64,000 nucleotides of DNA from Verrucomicrobiaceae bacterium (GCA_051252135.1 JBPOGH010000002.1:288001-352000); one strand, 5' to 3'. Shown: positions 39,143 through 49,018, numbered from the stretch's first letter. The notes: generated by a model from the letters alone, not told the origin. A program made the numbers and translations.

Positions 39143-39403
39143 ATGCCTATCTACGAATATCAGTCTGAAAGTCCGGAGGACCCGGATTTATCATGTCGAA
39201 TTTGCTCGAAGGGTTTCGAGCTTCATCGGCCCATTGATCGGCACGCTTTGGAGGCGTGCCCTTTGTGTCGGCACCCGGTCCGAAAAGTCATTTCCCGGGT
39301 TAATACTCCGCGAGTGAGTAAGCCTTACTCCGATAGCGATGCGAAGCGGGCAGGGTTTACGGTTCTCGAGAAAAAGGACGAGGGAGTTTACGAAAAGCTC
39401 TAG
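39143..39403 (+). CDS. FmdB family zinc-ribbon protein
   Basis: MPIYEY, CRIC, CPLC. Confidence 0.85.
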   Translation: MPIYEYQSESPEDPDLSCRICSKGFELHRPIDRHALEACPLCRHPVRKVISRVNTPRVSKPYSDSDAKRAGFTVLEKKDEGVYEKL

Positions 39404-39412
39404 CCGGCATCC

Positions 39413-40792
39413 ATGAGTGCTTCTCTTTTGTTATCGGCCTCGACCGAAGTGGCGACGACTTACCCGACCTGGGTTGAGGCCGCGTGGTACATTGCGGGGA
39501 TCATTTTTTTCCTGCTTCTGAATGCGTTTTTCGTGGCGTCGGAGTTTGCGATTGTGAAGGTGCGGCCCAGCCAGATTGAGGGCGAGCTGGAATCGAAGCC
39601 CAAGCGGGCGGGGATTTCGAAGTTTGTGGTGAATAATCTGGACGGTTATTTGTCAGCGAACCAACTGGGGATCACGATTGCGTCGTTGGCGCTGGCGTTT
39701 TTAGGGGAGCCCTTCATTGAGAAGCTGGTGGGGCCGACCTTGCTCCAGACGGGATGGTCGAAGGAGATCATCAAGGCGATTACCTTTGGGGTGGCGATGG
39801 CATCGTTCACTTTCCTGCATGTGGTGGTGGGGGAGTTGCTGCCGAAGTCGATCGCGATCCGGAAGTCGCTTGCGACGACGCTTGTGATTGCGCGGCCCTT
39901 GCACATGTTTTACTGGGTTTTTCGGCCGTTTATTTTTGTGCTCAACGGGACGGCGAACTGGCTGTTGAAGTCGGTATTTAAAATTGATCCGGTCTCGGAG
40001 GGCGAGGCGGTGCATAGTTCGGAGGAGTTGGCCTTGCTGGTGGAGGAGAGTGAGCGGCAGCAGGAAGTGACTGAGACCGAGCGTGAGATTTTGATCAATG
40101 CCCTGGAGCTCAATGACGTGTCGGTGAAGGACGTGATGACGCCGCGCAGTGATGTGGTGTTTCTCGATGTTGATCGTGATTTCCAGGAGAATCTGGTTCA
40201 TGCGATCAAGGCGACGCATACCCGTTTCCCGCTTGTTCGGGGGCATTTGGATGAGACTCTGGGTCTGATCCATATCAAGGATGTTCTTAAGTTGGTTAAT
40301 TCCGAGAATCAGGATTTGATGCTGATTCGCCGGGAGTTGAAGGAGGTTCCGGAGACGATGAAGCTGGATGACCTGCTGAAATTTTTCCTGACCGAGCGGG
40401 TGCATCTGGCATTGGTGGTGGATGAATTTGGCGATCCTGCCGGGTTGGTCTTCATGGACAATATTATGGCGGAACTGGTGGGTGATATTCACGACGAGTT
40501 CGACGACGGTGAGGAGACCGATTTCCTGCGCATCAGCGATGATGAATTTGCGGTGGAGGGAGCGGTGAGCTTGAATGATCTTTCCGATTATGTGCCGAGT
40601 CTCAACATTGAGAGCGGGGAGGTGAGTACGGTGGGGGGCTACATTGTGCAGCAGCTGGGGCACCTTCCCGATCCGGGTGAAACGGTGGAAGTGGATGGTT
40701 ATGAGGCGACGGTGACGAGTACGGACGGTCGCCGGATCGAGCAGTTGCGCTTTGTAAAGCTGCCTGATCCCGAGGGTGATCAGGAGGATTGA
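39413..40792 (+). CDS. HlyC/CorC (CNNM) family membrane protein
   Basis: NAFFVASEFA, QLGIT, GELLPKSIA, VMTPR, two CBS domains, ELVGDIHDEFD, CorC C-terminal domain. Confidence 0.93.
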   Translation: MSASLLLSASTEVATTYPTWVEAAWYIAGIIFFLLLNAFFVASEFAIVKVRPSQIEGELESKPKRAGISKFVVNNLDGYLSANQLGITIASLALAFLGEPFIEKLVGPTLLQTGWSKEIIKAITFGVAMASFTFLHVVVGELLPKSIAIRKSLATTLVIARPLHMFYWVFRPFIFVLNGTANWLLKSVFKIDPVSEGEAVHSSEELALLVEESERQQEVTETEREILINALELNDVSVKDVMTPRSDVVFLDVDRDFQENLVHAIKATHTRFPLVRGHLDETLGLIHIKDVLKLVNSENQDLMLIRRELKEVPETMKLDDLLKFFLTERVHLALVVDEFGDPAGLVFMDNIMAELVGDIHDEFDDGEETDFLRISDDEFAVEGAVSLNDLSDYVPSLNIESGEVSTVGGYIVQQLGHLPDPGETVEVDGYEATVTSTDGRRIEQLRFVKLPDPEGDQED

Positions 40793-41406
40793 GGGGCTTG
40801 GGATTTCCGGTGTTCGCGGAGATGAAGGAGGATGTCTCCGGCGGTCTTTAGGATGACCAGGAGGGCGACGAGGATCACCTGATTACCGAGTGCGGCGACT
40901 GCCATGCCACCGAAGATGATGGTGAGGTGGAGCACGAAAATCCGCGGGTAGGGAAGGAACATGACGCGGCTCAGGGGGAGGGTTTTGGCTTCTCCTTTGA
41001 GGTGGTAGTTTTGGATGTAGGAGAAGAGGTGGCTGGCGAAGAAGGTGAGGAAGATCCAGGGGTCGGTGGTGAACGCGGATGTCATGCCGGTGAGCGGCGA
41101 GGGGTGGGGGCCCGGGCCGAACAAAGAGCTGAAGACAAAGGTGCCGTGACTGATGGTGAAGATGCCGTAGTGGACGGCGAAGAATCCGGAAAGGTAGAGA
41201 GCGGCGGGGAGGCGGGTATCCCGGTGCCGGTTCGTGAGGAGTTTGAGAAGGTTGACGATGCCGACGGCGACGTTCTCAAGCCAGTAGGCGACAAGGATGT
41301 CGCGGGCCTCCCAGCCGAAGGCGAGGGCGCCGATGAGGGGGACGAGATTTGCGGCCACCAGCACGAGGAGTGCCGGTGAGCGGAGGGCGCTTTTTGGGCC
41401 CGGCAT
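40780..41406 (-). CDS. DUF6498-like membrane protein
   Basis: ANLVPL.G, YWLEN, FFAVHYG.F...HG, PYPRI.VLHLTII. Confidence 0.75.
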   Translation of the reverse strand: MPGPKSALRSPALLVLVAANLVPLIGALAFGWEARDILVAYWLENVAVGIVNLLKLLTNRHRDTRLPAALYLSGFFAVHYGIFTISHGTFVFSSLFGPGPHPSPLTGMTSAFTTDPWIFLTFFASHLFSYIQNYHLKGEAKTLPLSRVMFLPYPRIFVLHLTIIFGGMAVAALGNQVILVALLVILKTAGDILLHLREHRKSQAPQSS

Positions 41407-41412
41407 GACAGC

Positions 41413-41928
41413 TTAGTTTTCGTCGGGGACGAATTTCAGAACGGTGCCGTTGATGCAGTAGCGTTTGTCGGTGGGGGTGTCGAAGCCCTCCCCGAGGAAG
41501 ACGTGACCGAGGTGGCCGTTGCAGGTTTTACAAAGGACTTCGGTGCGGGCGTATCCCATGTGGTAGTCGACGGATGTTTTGACATTTTCAGCGTCAGCGG
41601 GGTCGTAGAAGGAGGGCCAGCCGCAGCGGGAGTCAAATTTTTCCTTGGAGGAGAAGAGCTTGGTGTCGCATCCGGCGCAGTAGTAGGTGCCGGCGCCCTG
41701 ATGTTTGAATTCCTTGTAGACTTCGCCATCGGGGGCCTCGGTTCCGGCTTGGCGGAGGATGCGGTATTGCTCGGGGGTGAGCTTTTCCTTCCATTCGGCG
41801 TCGGTGAGTTCGACGGGCTCGGCGGGTTGTTCGGGCGGGTTGGGTTGGGTGCTCATTTTCTCCTGTTTTTCGGGGGTGCAGTTCGCGAGGACGGGCCAAA
41901 GGGCGGCGAGGAGGATGACAGGTCTCAT
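41413..41928 (-). CDS. msrB: Peptide-methionine (R)-S-oxide reductase MsrB, with lipoprotein-like leader
   Basis: LTPEQY.ILR..GTE, CAGC, KFDSRCGWPSF, GHLGHVF, RYCIN. Confidence 0.95.
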   Translation of the reverse strand: MRPVILLAALWPVLANCTPEKQEKMSTQPNPPEQPAEPVELTDAEWKEKLTPEQYRILRQAGTEAPDGEVYKEFKHQGAGTYYCAGCDTKLFSSKEKFDSRCGWPSFYDPADAENVKTSVDYHMGYARTEVLCKTCNGHLGHVFLGEGFDTPTDKRYCINGTVLKFVPDEN

Positions 41929-41987
41929 GGTGGTGGGAGGCTACGCCGGTGAACTTGTTCCGTCAAATTTCCTCGGGGGCGCGTGGG

Positions 41988-42464
41988 TTACTGGCCTTTG
42001 AGGAATTTGATGATTTTTGAGATGTCGGGGAGTTTTACTTTGCCATCATTTCCCTGGACGGTGAAGACGACGCGGGAGGTTTTTCCGTGGGCGACGATAT
42101 TGGCAAGGTAGGTGCCGGGGGCGAGGGGCTTGGGTTGCATGGTGCGGTCCTTGGTGTCCTTGAGGCTTACTTCGGCGGTGTTTTGGGCGAAGATGATATT
42201 GGCGGCCTGGGCGTCGGCGACGGTTCCGTCATCGGCACAGGGGAAGGCGTTGATGATGAGGAGCGGGGATTCTTTTTCAATCTTGAGGGGGGCGTCGGCT
42301 TTGACGGGCCTGGCGATGACGGCGAAGAGGTCGTCATGTTTGGTGACGGCGGCGGTTTGATCTCCGATGGTGACCTTGAAGGGGTAGAGGAGGGGGGCTT
42401 TTTCGGGTTCCTGGGCGGAGGCGAGGGACGCGAGGGCGAGGAAGAAGAGAAGCAGTTTTGTCAT
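41988..42464 (-). CDS. Hypothetical exported protein
   Basis: Signal peptide MTKLLLFFLALASLASA. Confidence 0.75.
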   Translation of the reverse strand: MTKLLLFFLALASLASAQEPEKAPLLYPFKVTIGDQTAAVTKHDDLFAVIARPVKADAPLKIEKESPLLIINAFPCADDGTVADAQAANIIFAQNTAEVSLKDTKDRTMQPKPLAPGTYLANIVAHGKTSRVVFTVQGNDGKVKLPDISKIIKFLKGQ

Positions 42465-42505
42465 CGTGTGATGATGGCAGACGGTGGGTTGCGGGGCAAG
42501 CTCGC

Positions 42506-43699
42506 TCAGCAGGGGGTCTGAATGGTAAAGGTGGTGGCGCGGCCGGGGGAGGAGGTGGCGGTGATGGTGCCTCCGTGGGCTTCGACGGCGCGCTTGACGA
42601 TGGAGAGGCCGAGGCCGGTGCCTTTGATTTGGGACTGGGCGTGGTGTTTCTCGACGCGGAAGAAGCGCTTGAAGATGAAGGGGAGGTCGTCGTTGGGGAT
42701 TCCGATGCCATCATCGGAGACGGTGATCTGGAGTTGATTGGGGGCGATTTGTTTGGCCTCGACGCTGACGGTGACTTGTTGGGAGGTGTTTTGTTTGAGG
42801 GCGTTCTCGATGAGGTTGAAGAGGATTTGGGTCCAGTAGAAGCGGTCGCCGGTGAACGGGATTTCGGGGATTCCGGTGGTGACGGTGGCGTTTTGTTTTT
42901 GAATGACGAGGTCGAGGCGTTCGATGACGTCCTGAACGCATTCGTTGAGGGAGAAGGGTTCTTTTTTGAGGGGTGCGGATTCTCCGGATTCGAGTTGGGA
43001 GATGACGAGCATGTCCTCAATGATGCGGTTGATGCGCTCGACATGGCGATCCATGGTGCCGAGCATTTTTGAGGCCATGGCGGGATTGTTGAGGCCATCG
43101 GGCTCGGTGAGGTGTTCGAGGTAACCGGAGATGATGGAGAGGGGGGTGCGGAGTTCGTGTGAAGCGTTGGCGACAAAATCCTGACGAATTTGGTCGGTGC
43201 GGGTTTCATCGGTGATGTCCCGCATGAAGAGCTGGAGTTCCTGTGAGTCCCGTTGGATGGAGAAGGGGCGGAAGGAGATTTCCCAGATGGATTGTTGGCC
43301 ATTGTATCCGGCAGAGAAGGGGGAGCCGGAGGGGAGCCGGATGATGGTGGAGGTTGTTTGGTTTGATTTTCGGGCGCTCTTGATGGCAGCGGTGAGGGTG
43401 TCGTCGATAAAGACCTGGGTGCAGGTGCGATTCAGGATATCCCGGGAGCCGAAGTAGTTTCTTCCGGCTTGGTTGGCACGGATGATGGTGCCTTTTTGGC
43501 TGATGGAAAACAGGGGGTCGGGGAAGGAGTCGAGGAGGCGGCGGGTTTCGCGTTGCGCTTCTTCGGTTTCGATTTTGAGAGCGTTCTTCTCCAGGGCGCA
43601 TCGTTCCGTCTGTTCTTGAGCCTGCCTGTTGGCGCGGCGGCGCTCGAGAATGAGCAGGATGCCCAGAATGAGGGCAAGAGTGAACCAGAGGGATGTCAT
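42506..43699 (-). CDS. phoR: PhoR-like PAS sensor histidine kinase
   Basis: Single TM, PAS, DFVANASHELRTPL, NLIENALK, DDGIGI, RFFRV, GTGLGLSIVK; TGATG-coupled to the regulator. Confidence 0.8.
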   Translation of the reverse strand: MTSLWFTLALILGILLILERRRANRQAQEQTERCALEKNALKIETEEAQRETRRLLDSFPDPLFSISQKGTIIRANQAGRNYFGSRDILNRTCTQVFIDDTLTAAIKSARKSNQTTSTIIRLPSGSPFSAGYNGQQSIWEISFRPFSIQRDSQELQLFMRDITDETRTDQIRQDFVANASHELRTPLSIISGYLEHLTEPDGLNNPAMASKMLGTMDRHVERINRIIEDMLVISQLESGESAPLKKEPFSLNECVQDVIERLDLVIQKQNATVTTGIPEIPFTGDRFYWTQILFNLIENALKQNTSQQVTVSVEAKQIAPNQLQITVSDDGIGIPNDDLPFIFKRFFRVEKHHAQSQIKGTGLGLSIVKRAVEAHGGTITATSSPGRATTFTIQTPC

Positions 43700-44376
43700 C
43701 AAACGTCGGCGACGAGATAACCTACTCCCCGCACGGTTTCAATGAGTGAACCGGAGTCACCGAGTTTTTGGCGGAGGCGTTTCATGTGGGTGTCGAGGGT
43801 GCGGCTATGGGCGTCATCGCTGTAGCCCCAGACGGCACGGAGGAGTTCGTTGCGGTCCTGGGGTTGTCCGGCGCGTTGAGAGAGGTAGAGGAGGAGCTTG
43901 AACTCGGTTGAGGTGAGGCTGACGGGTTCTTCGTCGAGGTAGAAGGTGAGGTTGTTTTTATCGAAGATGAAGGGGCCGTGGGTGAAGTGGAGGGTGGCGG
44001 GGGTGGCGTGATTCCGCTTGAGGATGGCCTTGGTTCTGAGGACGAGTTCCTTGGGGCTGAAGGGTTTGGTGAGGTAGTCGTCGGCGCCCTTTTCGAGGCC
44101 GAGGATGCGGTCTTCAATCTGGCTCTTGGCGGTGAGCATGAGGACGGGGATGGCATGGGTGCGGGTGTCCCGCTGCATTTCCTTGAGGACCTGGTAGCCA
44201 TCGAGGCGGGGGAGCATGAGGTCGAGGATGACGAGGTCGGGCTGGCTTTTGAGGGCGATTTTTAAGCCTTCGGCGCCGTCGTGAGCGATGTCGACTCCGA
44301 ATCCTTCCCGCTGGAGGTTGAAGGAGATGAGTTCGGCGATATCGACTTCGTCTTCGACGATGAGAATGTTCTGCAT
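43699..44376 (-). CDS. phoB: OmpR/PhoB family response regulator
   Basis: ILIVEDE, LDLMLP, GADDY.TKPFSP, RTLDTHMKRLR, ETVRGVGY. phoB assignment rests on the PhoR-like partner and the Pho-box-like repeat. Confidence 0.8.
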   Translation of the reverse strand: MQNILIVEDEVDIAELISFNLQREGFGVDIAHDGAEGLKIALKSQPDLVILDLMLPRLDGYQVLKEMQRDTRTHAIPVLMLTAKSQIEDRILGLEKGADDYLTKPFSPKELVLRTKAILKRNHATPATLHFTHGPFIFDKNNLTFYLDEEPVSLTSTEFKLLLYLSQRAGQPQDRNELLRAVWGYSDDAHSRTLDTHMKRLRQKLGDSGSLIETVRGVGYLVADV

Positions 44377-44422
44377 GATGGCCTCTGTATGAATCACCGG
44401 TTTTTCCATCATCTCACCTGTT

Positions 44423-44445
44423 GGTTTGTGACAATATCGTAACCT
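44423..44445 (-). promoter_or_regulatory. Pho-box-like direct repeat
   Basis: Minus strand reads gGTTACgatattGTCACaaa, two pentamers at 11-bp period upstream of the phoB-like gene. Confidence 0.55.
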
Positions 44446-44528
44446 GTGGTGGGGGGAAGGCGAGAGCGGAGACAAAGTTCAAATTTTTTTGAACCAAACC
44501 ATGAGCTGTGATAGAATCGGGACGAAAC

Positions 44529-45854
44529 ATGGCAGAGCTTTTCGGGACAGACGGCATCCGCGGGGTGGCGAACGAATATCCAATCACGCCGGAGATCGCG
44601 CTGCGAGTGGGTCGGGCGGTGGCCCGGGTGCTTAAAGCGCGAAAGGTGGTGATTGGGCGGGATACGCGGGCGAGTGGTCCGATGCTTGAGTCGGCGCTGA
44701 CGAGTGGTTTGGTGAGTGATGGGGCCGATGTGATCTCGGTGGGCGGGGTGCCGACACCGGCAATTCCCTTTTTGATCAAGGAGCTTGAGGCGGATGCGGG
44801 GGTGATGTTGACGGCTTCGCACAATCCGTTCACGGACAACGGGATCAAGATTTTTGGGGGTGACGGTTACAAGCTCAATAACGATCTGGAGCTGGCGGTG
44901 GAGTCGCTTATTTTGGGAGAGCGTCTGCAACCCCAGGCGGTGAATGTGGGTGGGGTGGTGCATCTGAGTGATGGAATTGATCGCTTTGTGGAATTTACGA
45001 AGAAGGCGGTGGGTGAGATTTCGCTGGAAGGGCTGAAGATTGTGATGGATTGCGCGCATGGCGCGGGATACGCGGCTGCTCCGCGGATTCTGCGGGAGCT
45101 TGGTGCGGAAGTGGTGGCCTTTGGGGATGCACCCAACGGGAGAAATATCAACGAAGGGTGTGGTTCGATGCATCCTGCGAAGGCGGTGGATCTGGTGAGA
45201 GGGTATGGGGCGGATATTGGGATCTGTCTGGATGGTGATGCGGATCGTGTGTTGTTTCTCGATGAGGAGGGGGAGGTGATCAATGGAGACAGGATACTTT
45301 GCCTCTGTGCCAAGGAGATGCACAAGCGCGGCAAGCTGAAAGGGGGGGCATTGGTGGCAACGGTGATGAGCAATTTGGGGTTGCGGGATTCTTTGGAGAA
45401 GGACGGCATTCAATTGGAGCTTACAGGGGTGGGGGATCGTCTTGTTCTTGAGAGGATGAGGGAGAGGAATCTGAGCCTGGGCGGTGAGAATTCGGGCCAC
45501 ATCATTTTCGCTGATTTTGCTACGACGGGAGATGGGATTTTGTCGGCTCTCATGGTGCTGAGCTTCATGCGCGAGTCCGGTAAGAAATTGTCCGAACTGG
45601 TTGATTGCATGAGCGAATATCCACAGAAGATGATCAATATTCCGGTGAAGAAAAAGCCACCTCTCGAAGAGGTTCCCTCCATTGTTGAGGCGATGAAATC
45701 GGCCGAGTTGGCCCTGGGGAGTCTCGGGCGGATTCTGGTTCGTTATTCGGGAACTGAGAAGAAGTTGCGGGTGTTGGTGGAGGCAAAGGACGCCCAGCTT
45801 GCGGAGTTTCACTGCAAGGCGATTGTGGCAGCCGCTGAACGGGCGATTGGATAG
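44529..45854 (+). CDS. glmM: Phosphoglucosamine mutase
   Basis: FGTDGIRG, TASHNP, DGDADR, TVMSNLG, GGENSGH, RYSGTE. Confidence 0.96.
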   Translation: MAELFGTDGIRGVANEYPITPEIALRVGRAVARVLKARKVVIGRDTRASGPMLESALTSGLVSDGADVISVGGVPTPAIPFLIKELEADAGVMLTASHNPFTDNGIKIFGGDGYKLNNDLELAVESLILGERLQPQAVNVGGVVHLSDGIDRFVEFTKKAVGEISLEGLKIVMDCAHGAGYAAAPRILRELGAEVVAFGDAPNGRNINEGCGSMHPAKAVDLVRGYGADIGICLDGDADRVLFLDEEGEVINGDRILCLCAKEMHKRGKLKGGALVATVMSNLGLRDSLEKDGIQLELTGVGDRLVLERMRERNLSLGGENSGHIIFADFATTGDGILSALMVLSFMRESGKKLSELVDCMSEYPQKMINIPVKKKPPLEEVPSIVEAMKSAELALGSLGRILVRYSGTEKKLRVLVEAKDAQLAEFHCKAIVAAAERAIG

Positions 45855-45857
45855 ATT

Positions 45858-46529
45858 ATGAATGACGGGAGATTCCAGCTGTGGCCGCTTTCGGGAGAGA
45901 GGGACGAATTATTTGTGGCGGGAAAGTCGCTGGGGGAATGGGAGGAGGAGTTGGGGCGGACCTTTGAGGTGACCTATCCGTGGGACCTTTTGGCGGTGAA
46001 TGAGGCAATCATTTCAGAGATTTGCGATTGGCCCGGTCATGAATTGATTCAGTTGGGAGATGATTCCCGAGTGATCGTGGGAGAGGGAACGAAGATTCTG
46101 CCGGGGGTTTATGTGGAAGGGAGTGTGATCATTGGTCGTGATTGTAAGATTGGACCCAATTGTTATTTGCGGGGTTCCACGACGATTGGTGATAGCTGTC
46201 ATGTGGGGCAGGCGGTGGAGGTGAAGAATTCCATTCTTGGGCATGGAACCTCGGTGGGTCATTTGAGCTATGTGGGTGACAGTGTGCTGGGGGCGAAGGT
46301 GAATTTTGGAGCGGGCACGATCACTTCGAACCTGCGTCACGATGGTGCGAATCACCGGTCGGCGGTGGCGGGAGGGTTGAGGGATACGGGTCGTCGCAAG
46401 TTGGGAGTGATTATCGGCGCTGGTGTTCACACCGGAATCAATACAAGTTTTTACCCCGGCCGGAAACTTGGTCCGGGAACTTCCACGCTCCCCGGGGAGA
46501 TCGTGAGTCACGACATTCAGGAATCATAA
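45858..46529 (+). CDS. Glucosamine-1-phosphate acetyltransferase (archaeal-GlmU-like left-handed beta-helix only)
   Basis: YPWDLL, hexapeptide repeats, IGPNCYLR, VEVKNS, HLSYVGDS, NFGAGT, TGRRKLG; no nucleotidyltransferase domain. Confidence 0.8.
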   Translation: MNDGRFQLWPLSGERDELFVAGKSLGEWEEELGRTFEVTYPWDLLAVNEAIISEICDWPGHELIQLGDDSRVIVGEGTKILPGVYVEGSVIIGRDCKIGPNCYLRGSTTIGDSCHVGQAVEVKNSILGHGTSVGHLSYVGDSVLGAKVNFGAGTITSNLRHDGANHRSAVAGGLRDTGRRKLGVIIGAGVHTGINTSFYPGRKLGPGTSTLPGEIVSHDIQES

Positions 46530-46533
46530 TATC

Positions 46534-48369
46534 ATGTGCGGAATTGTAGCATACACCGGATCCCAGCCAGCTCTCCCGGTTCTATTAAACGGGCTGCGAC
46601 GTCTAGAGTACCGCGGGTATGATTCCGCGGGAATCGGAGTGGCGGTTGAGGGAGGGATTCAAGTGCGCAAGAGTGAGGGGAAGGTCAGCGAATTGGCCGG
46701 GTTGCTGGGAGAGGATGATCTGGCGATCAACAATGCCACTTGCGGGATTGCCCATACCCGGTGGGCGACCCACGGACCACCTACGACGATCAATGCCCAC
46801 CCGCATGCCGGGGGGAAAAACGGGGTGGTGTTGGTGCACAACGGGATCATTGAGAATCACCGTTCCTTGCGGGAGCGTTTGACCGGGGAAGGGTATGTTT
46901 TTGTTTCTGATACGGACACCGAGGTTCTGGCCCATCTGATTGATTTTTCCTACGAGGGTTCACTTCTGAAGGCAGTGATGTCCGCGTTGAAGGAAGTTGA
47001 GGGAACCTTTGGTATTGCATGTATGGCTGAAGAGGAGCCCGGGGTGCTGGTGGTGGCCCGCCGTGGTTCGCCCATTGTGATCGGGTTGGGTGATGGAGAG
47101 ACGATTGTGGCGTCGGATGCCTCGGCAATTATCAAGCATACCCGGCAGGCGGTTTATCTTGATGACAACGATGTCGCGCGGATTGAGCAGGGGAAGGTGG
47201 ATATTTGTTCCCTGGATGCCATGCCGGTATCCCGCCCGGCGTCCGAGATTGATTGGTCTTCCGACGCTGCGGAAAAGGGAGGGTTTCAACATTACATGCT
47301 CAAAGAGATTTTTGAGCAACCGGAGGCCATCAGGAATACGATTCGGGGTCGGATGGATCACGCACGGGGCAACGCGATTCTTTCGGGTCTCAATCTGAGC
47401 CCCCGTGAGTTGGCTGACCTTTACCGGGTTCTTATTGTGGGCTGCGGGACCTCGATGAATGCGGGTCTGGTGGGTGAGTATGCGATAGAAGACTTTGCGG
47501 GAGTGTTGGCGGAGGTCGAGCAGGCGGCGGAGTTCCGCTACCGGAATCCGATTGTGGGAAGTCGTGATCTGGTGATTGCGATCAGTCAGTCCGGAGAAAC
47601 CGCGGACACGCTTGCGGCGGTGCGTGAAGCGATCGACAAGGGGGCGCTTGTGGCGGGGCTCGTCAATACGGTGGGTTCAACGATTGCGCGCGAGACGGCG
47701 CGAGGGGTGTTTCTGCATGCCGGGCCGGAAATCAGTGTGGCTTCGACCAAGGCATTTACGTCGCAGGTGTCGGTCCTTCTCATGATTGCTCTCAAATTTG
47801 CCCGTTCACGACGGATGTCGAGAGAGCAGGGGATTCAGTTTGTGAAGGAGATTGAAGCGCTTCCGGAATTGGTGGAGCGGGTGCTGGCGAAGAATGATGA
47901 GATTGCCAAAGTGGCGGAGCGCTACGTGGATCAGAGCAGTGCGTTTTTCATTGGAAGGGGGTATATGTATCCTGTGGCTCTGGAAGGGGCGCTCAAGCTG
48001 AAGGAGATTTCCTATATTCATGCGGAGGGCTACCATGCTGCTGAGCTGAAGCATGGTCCGATCGCACTTTTGGAGGCTTCGGTTCCCGTGATTGCGTTGT
48101 GCAACAAGGGGCCGGGGCAGGATAAAACGCTGGGGAACGTTGCGGAGTGTCAGGCGCGGGATTCGCGAGTGCTGGGAATTGTGACGGAGGGTGACAAGGA
48201 AGCCATGGCGACTGTTGATGACTACATTGAAGTGCCCGATTGTCCGCTTCATACGGCGGTGATTCCAAGCACGGTGGCGTTGCAGCTGCTTTCCTACCAC
48301 ATTGCGCGTCTTCGTGGTTGTCCGATTGACCAGCCGCGCAACCTTGCGAAGTCGGTGACGGTGGAATAG
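46534..48369 (+). CDS. glmS: Glutamine--fructose-6-phosphate transaminase
   Basis: MCGIV, LEYRGYDSAG, HTRWATHG, SQSGETADT, EGALKLKEISY, PRNLAKSVTVE. Confidence 0.98.
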   Translation: MCGIVAYTGSQPALPVLLNGLRRLEYRGYDSAGIGVAVEGGIQVRKSEGKVSELAGLLGEDDLAINNATCGIAHTRWATHGPPTTINAHPHAGGKNGVVLVHNGIIENHRSLRERLTGEGYVFVSDTDTEVLAHLIDFSYEGSLLKAVMSALKEVEGTFGIACMAEEEPGVLVVARRGSPIVIGLGDGETIVASDASAIIKHTRQAVYLDDNDVARIEQGKVDICSLDAMPVSRPASEIDWSSDAAEKGGFQHYMLKEIFEQPEAIRNTIRGRMDHARGNAILSGLNLSPRELADLYRVLIVGCGTSMNAGLVGEYAIEDFAGVLAEVEQAAEFRYRNPIVGSRDLVIAISQSGETADTLAAVREAIDKGALVAGLVNTVGSTIARETARGVFLHAGPEISVASTKAFTSQVSVLLMIALKFARSRRMSREQGIQFVKEIEALPELVERVLAKNDEIAKVAERYVDQSSAFFIGRGYMYPVALEGALKLKEISYIHAEGYHAAELKHGPIALLEASVPVIALCNKGPGQDKTLGNVAECQARDSRVLGIVTEGDKEAMATVDDYIEVPDCPLHTAVIPSTVALQLLSYHIARLRGCPIDQPRNLAKSVTVE

Positions 48370-48375
48370 CCGGGT

Positions 48376-48924
48376 CTACAGTGATTCGAGGACCTTGCGG
48401 ACGGCCGCCGGATAGATTCGGTGTTCGGCTTGCTGGATGCGGGCGTGGAGCGATGCGGGGGTGTCGTTGGGGAGGATGGCGACTTTTTCCTGCAGGATGG
48501 TTTTTCCGGTGTCCATCCCCGCGTCGACGTAGTGCACGGTGCAGCCGGTTTCGGCGGCTCCGTCATCGAGGGCCTGACGCCAAGCCTCGAGCCCGGGGTA
48601 TTTCGGGAGGAGGGAGGGGTGGATGTTGAGGATGCGGTTGGGAAATGCCGAAAGGAGAGGTTCCTTGATCAGGCGCATGAATCCGGCCAGGCAGATGAGA
48701 TCGATGTCGCCGAGACGGGTGGCTATTCTGGCGCTCAAATCAGGGCCGCCTACCTCTACTGCTGACGCGATGTTGGCGGCTTCCGCTTTTTGAAGAATGC
48801 CTGCATGGGGTTGGTCGGAAATGACAAGGGTGATTTGAGCATGCAAGTCCCCTGATTCGATGGAGTCCAGCAAGGCTGAGAAATTTGATCCCGTTCCCGA
48901 TCCAAGCACCGCGATTTTCTTCAC
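48376..48924 (-). CDS. purN: Phosphoribosylglycinamide formyltransferase
   Basis: GSGTGSNF, LAGFMR, NIHPSLLP, GCTVHYV...MDTG. GTG start at 48924. Confidence 0.95.
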   Translation of the reverse strand: MKKIAVLGSGTGSNFSALLDSIESGDLHAQITLVISDQPHAGILQKAEAANIASAVEVGGPDLSARIATRLGDIDLICLAGFMRLIKEPLLSAFPNRILNIHPSLLPKYPGLEAWRQALDDGAAETGCTVHYVDAGMDTGKTILQEKVAILPNDTPASLHARIQQAEHRIYPAAVRKVLESL

Positions 48925-49018
48925 GGGCCGAGGAGTAGCGGGATCCCCCGGGAACTCAATCCTGCAATATCGCAGTATGCCGATTGTTTTTTTCCAAAGG
49001 AGCATCTAGCTTCCGGCC

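Noticed and set aside
46500..46534. glmS ribozyme upstream of glmS
   Set aside because: Only 4 nt separate the upstream stop from the glmS ATG; there is no room for a leader.
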